64,000 bases of DNA, taken from the human T2T-CHM13v2.0 reference genome, Homo sapiens. Location: assembly GCF_009914755.1 (NCBI RefSeq), contig NC_060927.1. One strand, 5' to 3'. Within the stretch, counting starts at the first letter, position 1. Every line of letters begins with the position of its first letter. This document shows, piece by piece, positions 55,301-64,000 of this stretch. The notes under the pieces were generated by a model, which was given only the letters and a program-made list of their open reading frames with translations, was not told where the DNA came from and did no database searches. The position numbers were made by a program, and so were the translations under genes.

Positions 55301-58300
55301 AAGCAGTTACTGAGAAGTCTTCTGTCTAGCATTATATGAAGAAATCCCATTTCCAACGAAGACTTCAAAGAGGTCCAAATATCCACTTGCAGATTCTGCA
55401 AAAAGAGTGTTTCGAAACAACTGTATGAAAAGAAAGGTTAAACACTGTGAGTTGAACGCACACATTGCAAAGCAGTTTCTGAGAATGATTCCGTCTAATT
55501 ATTATACGAAGGTATTTCCTTTTCTATCATTGGCCTCAAAGCGCTTGATACCTCCACCTGAAAATTCCACAAAAAGAGTGTTTCCAATCTACTCTGTCTA
55601 AAGGAACGTTCAACTCTGTGAGTTGAATACACACACACAGAAAGAATTCACTGAGAATTCTTCTGTCTGGCATTACATGAAGAAATCCCGTTTCCAACGA
55701 AGGCCTCAAAGAGGTCCAAATATCCACTTGCAGATTCTGCAAAAAGAGTGTTTCAAAACCGCTCCATTAAAAGGAATGTTGAACTCTGTGAGTTGAATGC
55801 AAACATCACAACTCAGTTGCTGAGAATGCTTCTGACTAGATTTTATGGTAAGATATTTCCTTTTCTACCGTAGGCTTCAATGCCCTCTAAATACACCCTT
55901 GCAAATTCTACAAAGAGACTGTTTCATAACTGCTCTATAGGAAGAAAGGTTCAACTCTGTGAGTTGAATGCAGAGATCACAACGTGGTTTCTGCGAATGA
56001 TTCTTTGTAGTTTTTACATGAAGATATTTCGTTGTCAACCGTAGGCTTCAAAGCACTCAAAGTATTCACTTGGAACTTTTACAAAAAGAGTGTTAGAAAA
56101 CTGCTCTTTCCAAAGTAAGGTTCAACTCTGTGAGTTGAATGCACACATAACAATCAAGAAGTTTCTGAGAATTCTTCTGTCCTGGTTTATATGAAGAAAT
56201 CCCGTTTCCAACGAAGGCCTCAAAGACGTTTAAATATCCACTTGCAGACTTCACAAACAGAGGGTTTCCAAACTGCTCTATGAAAAGAAAGGTTAAACTC
56301 TGTGAGTTGAACGCACACATCACAAAGTAGCTTCTGAGAATGATACTGTCTAGTTTTTATACGAAGATATTTCCTTTCTACCATTGGCGTCAAAGCGCTA
56401 GAATTCTCCGCTTGCAAATTCCACAAAAAGAGTGTTTCCAATCTGCTCTGTCTAAAGGAAGGTTCAACTCTGTGAGTTGAATACACACACACAAAGAAGC
56501 TACTGAGAATTCTTTTGTCAAGAATTATAAGAAGAAATCCCGTTTCCAACGAAGGCCTCAAAGAGTTCCAAATATCCACTTGCACACTGCACAAACTAAG
56601 TCTTTCCAAACTGCTCTATGCAAAGAAATGTTCAACTCTGTGAGTTTAATACACACATCACAAAGCAGTTTCTGAGAATGATACTGTCTAGTTTTTATAC
56701 GAAGATATTTCCTTTTGTACCATTGGCCTCATACTGCTAGAATTTTCCACTTGCAAATTCCACAAAAAGAGTGTTTCCAATCCGCTCTGTCTAAAGGAAG
56801 GTTCAACTCTCTGATTTGAATACATACATCCCAAAAGAAGTTACTGAGAATTCTTCTGTCTAGCATTATGTGAAGAAATCCCGTTTCCAACGAAAGCCTC
56901 AAAGAGGTCCAAATATCCAGTTGCAGAATTTACAAACTGACTGTTTCCAAACTCATCTATGAAAAGAAAGGTTAAACTCTGGGAGTTGAATGCACATATC
57001 ACAAAGTAGTTCCTGAGAATGATTCTGTCTAGTTTTCATACGAAGATATTTCCTTTTCCACCAATGGCCTCAAAGTGCTTGAAATCTCCCCTTGCAAATT
57101 CCACAGACAAGTGTCTCAAATCTGCACTGTCTAAAGGAAGGTTCAACCCTGTGAGTTGAATACACACACACAGAAAAAAATTCACTGAGAATTCTATTGT
57201 CTATCATTACACGAAGAAATCCCGTTTACTACGAAGGCCTCAAAGAGGTCCAAATATCCAGCTGCAGACATTGCAAACTGAGTGTTTCCAAAGTGCTCTA
57301 TGAAAAGAAGTGTTAAACACTGTGAGTTCAATGCACACATCCCAAAGCAGTTTCTGAGAATGATTCCGTCTATTTTTTCTACGAAGATATTTCCTTTTCT
57401 GCCGTTGGCCTCAAAGCGCTTGAAATCTCCACTTGCAAATTCCACAAAAAGAGAGTTTCAAATCTGCTCTGTCTAAAGGAAGGTTCAACTCTGTGAGTTG
57501 AATACACACCACAAAAAGAAGTTACTGAGAATTCTTCTGTCTAGCATTATATGAAAAATCCCGTTTCCAACGAAGGCCACAAAGAGGTCCAAATATCCAC
57601 TTGCAGATTCTGCAAAAAGAGTGTTTCCAAACTGCTCTATGAAAAGAAACGTTAAACTCTGTGAGTTGAACGCAAACATCACAAAGTAGTTTCTGAGAAT
57701 GACTCCGTCTAGTTTTTATACGAAGATATTTCCTTTCCTACCATTCACTTCAAAGCGCTTGAAGTCTCCCCCTGAAAATTCCACAAAAAGTGTTTCCAAT
57801 CTGCTCCGCCTAAAGGAAGCTTCAACTCTGTGACTTGAATACCCACAACCCAAAGAAGTTACTGAGAATTCTTCTGTCTAGCATTATATGAAGAAATCCC
57901 GTTTCCAACGAAGGCCTCAAATACATCCAAATATCCAGTTGCTGACTTTACAAACTGAGTGTTTCCAAACTGCTCTATGAAAAGAAAGGTTAAACACTGT
58001 GAGTTGAACACACACGTACCAAAGTAGTTTCTGAGAATGATTCTGTCTAGTTTGCATACGAAGATATTTCCTTTTCTACCATTGGCCTCAAAGCTCTGAA
58101 ATCTCCACTTGCAAATTCCACAAAAAGAGAGTTTCAAATCTGCTGTTTCTAAAGGAAAGTTCAACTCTGAGAGTTGAATACACACCAGAAAAAGCAGTTA
58201 CTGAGAAGTCTTCTGTCTAGCATTATATGAAGAAATCCCATTTCCAACGAAGACTTCAAAGAGGTCCAAATATCCACTTGCAGATTCTGCAAAAAGAGTG

Positions 58301-61300
58301 TTTCGAAACAACTGTATGAAAAGAAAGGTTAAACACTGTGAGTTGAACGCACACATTGCAAAGCAGTTTCTGAGAATGATTCCGTCTAATTATTATACGA
58401 AGGTATTTCCTTTTCTATCATTGGCCTCAAAGCGCTTGATACCTCCACCTGAAAATTCCACAAAAAGAGTGTTTCCAATCTACTCTGTCTAAAGGAACGT
58501 TCAACTCTGTGAGTTGAATACACACACACAGAAAGAATTCACTGAGAATTCTTCTGTCTGGCATTACATGAAGAAATCCCGTTTCCAACGAAGGCCTCAA
58601 AGAGGTCCAAATATCCACTTGCAGATTCTGCAAAAAGAGTGTTTCAAAACCGCTCCATTAAAAGGAATGTTGAACTCTGTGAGTTGAATGCAAACATCAC
58701 AACTCAGTTGCTGAGAATGCTTCTGACTAGATTTTATGGTAAGATATTTCCTTTTCTACCGTAGGCTTCAATGCCCTCTAAATACACCCTTGCAAATTCT
58801 ACAAAGAGACTGTTTCATAACTGCTCTATAGGAAGAAAGGTTCAACTCTGTGAGTTGAATGCAGAGATCACAACGTGGTTTCTGCGAATGATTCTTTGTA
58901 GTTTTTACATGAAGATATTTCGTTGTCAACCGTAGGCTTCAAAGCACTCAAAGTATTCACTTGGAACTTTTACAAAAAGAGTGTTAGAAAACTGCTCTTT
59001 CCAAAGTAAGGTTCAACTCTGTGAGTTGAATGCACACATAACAATCAAGAAGTTTCTGAGAATTCTTCTGTCCTGGTTTATATGAAGAAATCCCGTTTCC
59101 AACGAAGGCCTCAAAGACGTTTAAATATCCACTTGCAGACTTCACAAACAGAGGGTTTCCAAACTGCTCTATGAAAAGAAAGGTTAAACTCTGTCAGTTG
59201 AACGCACACATCACAAAGTAGCTTCTGAGAATGATACTGTCTAGTTTTTATACGAAGATATTTCCTTTCTACCATTGGCGTCAAAGCGCTAGAATTCTCC
59301 ACTTGCAAATTCCACAAAAAGAGTGTTTCCAATCTGCTCTGTCTAAAGGAAGGTTCAACTGTGTGAGTTGAATACACACACACAAAGAAGCTACTGAGAA
59401 TTCTTTTGTCAAGAATTACAAGAAGAAATCCCGTTTCCAACGAAGGCCTCAAAGAGTTCCAAATATCCACTTGCACACTGCACAAACTAAGTCTTTCCAA
59501 ACTGCTCTATGCAAAGAAATGTTCAACTCTGTGAGTTTAATACACACATCACAAAGCAGTTTCTGAGAATGATACTGTCTAGTTTTTATACGAAGATATT
59601 TCCTTTTGTACCATTGGCCTCATACTGCTAGAATTTTCCACTTGCAAATTCCACAAAAAGAGTGTTTCCAATCCGCTCTGTCTAAAGGAAGGTTCAACTC
59701 TCTGATTTGAATACATACATCCCAAAAGAAGTTCCTGAGAATTCTTCTGTCTAGCATTATGTGAAGAAATCCCGTTTCCAACGAAAGCCTCAAAGAGGTC
59801 CAAATATCCAGTTGCAGAATTTACAAACTGACTGTTTCCAAACTCATCTATGAAAAGAAAGGTTAAACTCTGGGAGTTGAATGCACATATCACAAAGTAG
59901 TTCCTGAGAATGATTCTGTCTAGTTTTCATACGAAGATATTTCCTTTTCCACCAATGGCCTCAAAGTGCTTGAAATCTCCCCTTGCAAATTCCACAGACA
60001 AGTGTCTCAAATCTGCACTGTCTAAAGGAAGGTTCAACCCTGTGAGTTGAATACACACACACAGAAAAAAATTCACTGAGAATTCTATTGTCTATCATTA
60101 CACGAAGAAATCCCGTTTACTACGAAGGCCTCAAAGAGGTCCAAATATCCAGCTGCAGACATTGCAAACTGAGTGTTTCCAAAGTGCTCTATGAAAAGAA
60201 GTGTTAAACACTGTGAGTTCAATGCACACATCCCAAAGCAGTTTCTGAGAATGATTCCGTCTATTTTTTCTACGAAGATATTTCCTTTTCTGCCGTTGGC
60301 CTCAAAGCGCTTGAAATCTCCACTTGCAAATTCCACAAAAAGAGAGTTTCAAATCTGCTCTGTCTAAAGGAAGGTTCAACTCTGTGAGTTGAATACACAC
60401 CACAAAAAGAAGTTACTGAGAATTCTTCTGTCTAGCATTATATGAAAAATCCCGTTTCCAACGAAGGCCACAAAGAGGTCCAAATATCCACTTGCAGATT
60501 CTGCAAAAAGAGTGTTTCCAAACTGCTCTATGAAAAGAAACGTTAAACTCTGTGATTTGAACGCAAACATCACAAAGTAGTTTCTGAGAATGACTCCGTC
60601 TAGTTTTTATACGAAGATATTTCCTTTCCTACCATTCACTTCAAAGCGCTTGAAGTCTCCCCCTGAAAATTCCACAAAAAGTGTTTCCAATCTGCTCCGC
60701 CTAAAGGAAGCTTCAACTCTGTGACTTGAATACCCACAACCCAAAGAAGTTACTGAGAATTCTTCTGTCTAGCATTATATGAAGAAATCCCGTTTCCAAC
60801 GAAGGCCTCAAATACATCCAAATATCCAGTTGCTGACTTTACAAACTGAGTGTTTCCAAACTGCTCTATGAAAAGAAAGGTTAAACACTGTGAGTTGAAC
60901 ACACACGTACCAAAGTAGTTTCTGAGAATGATTCTGTCTAGTTTGCATACGAAGATATTTCCTTTTCTACCATTGGCCTCAAAGCTCTGAAATCTCCACT
61001 TGCAAATTCCACAAAAAGAGAGTTTCAAATCTGCTGTTTCTAAAGGAAAGTTCAACTCTGAGAGTTGAATACACACCAGAAAAAGCAGTTACTGAGAAGT
61101 CTTCTGTCTAGCATTATATGAAGAAATCCCATTTCCAACGAAGACTTCAAAGAGGTCCAAATATCCACTTGCAGATTCTGCAAAAAGAGTGTTTCGAAAC
61201 AACTGTATGAAAAGAAAGGTTAAACACTGTGAGTTGAACGCACACATTGCAAAGCAGTTTCTGAGAATGATTCCGTCTAATTATTATACGAAGGTATTTC

Positions 61301-63600
61301 CTTTTCTATCATTGGCCTCAAAGCGCTTGATACCTCCACCTGAAAATTCCACAAAAAGAGTGTTTCCAATCTACTCTGTCTAAAGGAACGTTCAACTCTG
61401 TGAGTTGAATACACACACACAGAAAGAATTCACTGAGAATTCTTCTGTCTGGCATTACATGAAGAAATCCCGTTTCCAACGAAGGCCTCAAAGAGGTCCA
61501 AATATCCACTTGCAGATTCTGCAAAAAGAGTGTTTCAAAACCGCTCCATTAAAAGGAATGTTGAACTCTGTGAGTTGAATGCAAACATCACAACTCAGTT
61601 GCTGAGAATGCTTCTGACTAGATTTTATGGTAAGATATTTCCTTTTCTACCGTAGGCTTCAATGCCCTCTAAATACACCCTTGCAAATTCTACAAAGAGA
61701 CTGTTTCATAACTGCTCTATAGGAAGAAAGGTTCAACTCTGTGAGTTGAATGCAGAGATCACAACGTGGTTTCTGCGAATGATTCTTTGTAGTTTTTACA
61801 TGAAGATATTTCGTTGTCAACCGTAGGCTTCAAAGCACTCAAAGTATTCACTTGGAACTTTTACAAAAAGAGTGTTAGAAAACTGCTCTTTCCAAAGTAA
61901 GGTTCAACTCTGTGAGTTGAATGCACACATAACAATCAAGAAGTTTCTGAGAATTCTTCTGTCCTGGTTTATATGAAGAAATCCCGTTTCCAACGAAGGC
62001 CTCAAAGACGTTTAAATATCCACTTGCAGACTTCACAAACAGAGGGTTTCCAAACTGCTCTATGAAAAAAAAGGTTAAACTCTGTCAGTTGAACGCACAC
62101 ATCACAAAGTAGCTTCTGAGAATGATACTGTCTAGTTTTTATACGAAGATATTTCCTTTCTACCATTGGCGTCAAAGCGCTAGAATTCTCCACTTGCAAA
62201 TTCCACAAAAAGAGTGTTTCCAATCTGCTCTGTCTAAAGGAAGGTTCAACTCTGTGAGTTGAATACACACACACAAAGAAGCTACTGAGAATTCTTTTGT
62301 CAAGAATTACAAGAAGAAATCCCGTTTCCAACGAAGGCCTCAAAGAGTTCCAAATATCCACTTGCACACTGCACAAACTAAGTCTTTCCAAACTGCTCTA
62401 TGCAAAGAAATGTTCAACTCTGTGAGTTTAATACACACATCACAAAGCAGTTTCTGAGAATGATACTGTCTAGTTTTTATACGAAGATATTTCCTTTTGT
62501 ACCATTGGCCTCATACTGCTAGAATTTTCCACTTGCAAATTCCACAAAAAGAGTGTTTCCAATCCGCTCTGTCTAAAGGAAGGTTCAACTCTCTGATTTG
62601 AATACATACATCCCAAAAGAAGTTCCTGAGAATTCTTCTGTCTAGCATTATGTGAAGAAATCCCGTTTCCAACGAAAGCCTCAAAGAGGTCCAAATATCC
62701 AGTTGCAGAATTTACAAACTGACTGTTTCCAAACTCATCTATGAAAAGAAAGGTTAAACTCTGGGAGTTGAATGCACATATCACAAAGTAGTTCCTGAGA
62801 ATGATTCTGTCTAGTTTTCATACGAAGATATTTCCTTTTCCACCAATGGCCTCAAAGTGCTTGAAATCTCCCCTTGCAAATTCCACAGACAAGTGTCTCA
62901 AATCTGCACTGTCTAAAGGAAGGTTCAACCCTGTGAGTTGAATACACACACACAGAAAAAAATTCACTGAGAATTCTATTGTCTATCATTACACGAAGAA
63001 ATCCCGTTTACTACGAAGGCCTCAAAGAGGTCCAAATATCCAGCTGCAGACATTGCAAACTGAGTGTTTCCAAAGTGCTCTATGAAAAGAAGTGTTAAAC
63101 ACTGTGAGTTCAATGCACACATCCCAAAGCAGTTTCTGAGAATGATTCCGTCTATTTTTTCTACGAAGATATTTCCTTTTCTGCCGTTGGCCTCAAAGCG
63201 CTTGAAATCTCCACTTGCAAATTCCACAAAAAGAGAGTTTCAAATCTGCTCTGTCTAAAGGAAGGTTCAACTCTGTGAGTTGAATACACACCACAAAAAG
63301 AAGTTACTGAGAATTCTTCTGTCTAGCATTATATGAAAAATCCCGTTTCCAACGAAGGCCACAAAGAGGTCCAAATATCCACTTGCAGATTCTGCAAAAA
63401 GAGTGTTTCCAAACTGCTCTATGAAAAGAAACGTTAAACTCTGTGAGTTGAACGCAAACATCACAAAGTAGTTTCTGAGAATGACTCCGTCTAGTTTTTA
63501 TACGAAGATATTTCCTTTCCTACCATTCACTTCAAAGCGCTTGAAGTCTCCCCCTGAAAATTCCACAAAAAGTGTTTCCAATCTGCTCCGCCTAAAGGAA
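43364..63600. repeat. Block of closely related HOR copies U16-U22
   Basis: All seven carry gtgtCtcaaa (offset 2188, e.g. 45551) and cattGcaaac (offset 2346: 45709, 48600, 51491, 54382, 57273, 60164, 63055). Confidence 0.88.
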
Positions 63601-64000
63601 GCTTCAACTCTGTGACTTGAATACCCACAACCCAAAGAAGTTACTGAGAATTCTTCTGTCTAGCATTATATGAAGAAATCCCGTTTCCAACGAAGGCCTC
63701 AAATACATCCAAATATCCAGTTGCTGACTTTACAAACTGAGTGTTTCCAAACTGCTCTATGAAAAGAAAGGTTAAACACTGTGAGTTGAACACACACGTA
63801 CCAAAGTAGTTTCTGAGAATGATTCTGTCTAGTTTGCATACGAAGATATTTCCTTTTCTACCATTGGCCTCAAAGCTCTGAAATCTCCACTTGCAAATTC
63901 CACAAAAAGAGAGTTTCAAATCTGCTGTTTCTAAAGGAAAGTTCAACTCTGAGAGTTGAATACACACCAGAAAAAGCAGTTACTGAGAAGTCTTCTGTCT

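Larger units (their letters stand above)
1..64000. repeat. Centromeric alpha-satellite higher-order repeat array, 17-mer of 2,891 bp, about 22.1 copies, probably human chromosome 3 D3Z1
   Basis: Alphoid motifs (ttcaactctgtgagttgaat, ttctgagaat, ccacttgcaaattccacaaaaagagtgtttc) recur every ~170 bp. Identical ORFs recur every 2,891 bp (41, 2932, 5823, ...). 2891/17 = 170. Alpha-satellite identity is near certain. The D3Z1 assignment (~0.85) rests on recalled properties: 2.9-kb HindIII 17-mer, suprachromosomal family 1 dimeric type. Confidence 0.98.

Noticed and set aside
41-63967. About 170 ORFs of 64-129 aa on both strands
   Set aside because: They are translations of alphoid monomers. They recur with the HOR period, resemble each other, open and close with single SNVs (e.g. 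the 104-aa and 122-aa ORFs), and show no recognisable domain or gene context.
1-64000. CRISPR-like regular repeat with variable intervening sequence
   Set aside because: There are no unique spacers and no cas genes; the whole monomer is homologous from copy to copy.
1-64000. Transposon insertion, inversion or truncated HOR variant
   Set aside because: The period stays at 2,891 or 2,890 throughout, all CENP-B boxes lie on the same strand, and I saw no non-alphoid sequence.
1-64000. A previously undescribed biological system
   Set aside because: Everything is explained by a known class of centromeric satellite plus copy-level variation; a stronger claim is not supported by the sequence.

Overview
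The whole 64 kb is one uninterrupted, head-to-tail primate (most likely human) centromeric alpha-satellite array. Monomers of about 170-171 bp form a 2,891-bp, 17-monomer higher-order repeat (HOR). There are 22 complete copies (U1-U22) plus a 400-bp partial copy. Unit starts: 1, 2892, 5783, 8674, 11565, 14456, 17347, 20238, 23129, 26020, 28911, 31802, 34693, 37583, 40473, 43364, 46255, 49146, 52037, 54928, 57819, 60710, 63601. The unit length, a HindIII site at each unit junction, alternating CENP-B-box and box-less monomers, and one pair of atypical adjacent box-less monomers fit the chromosome 3 active HOR D3Z1; this is from recall and needs an alignment to confirm. I see no genes, transposon insertions, inversions or monomer-number variants, and every ORF in the track is a repeat artefact. 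I cannot support a new biological system here. The second-look material is copy-to-copy variation: two interleaved HOR haplotypes, a two-HOR duplication, mosaic copies, recurrent CpG loss in one CENP-B box, and a tight 4-substitution cluster. Variants were read by eye, so the lists may be incomplete.
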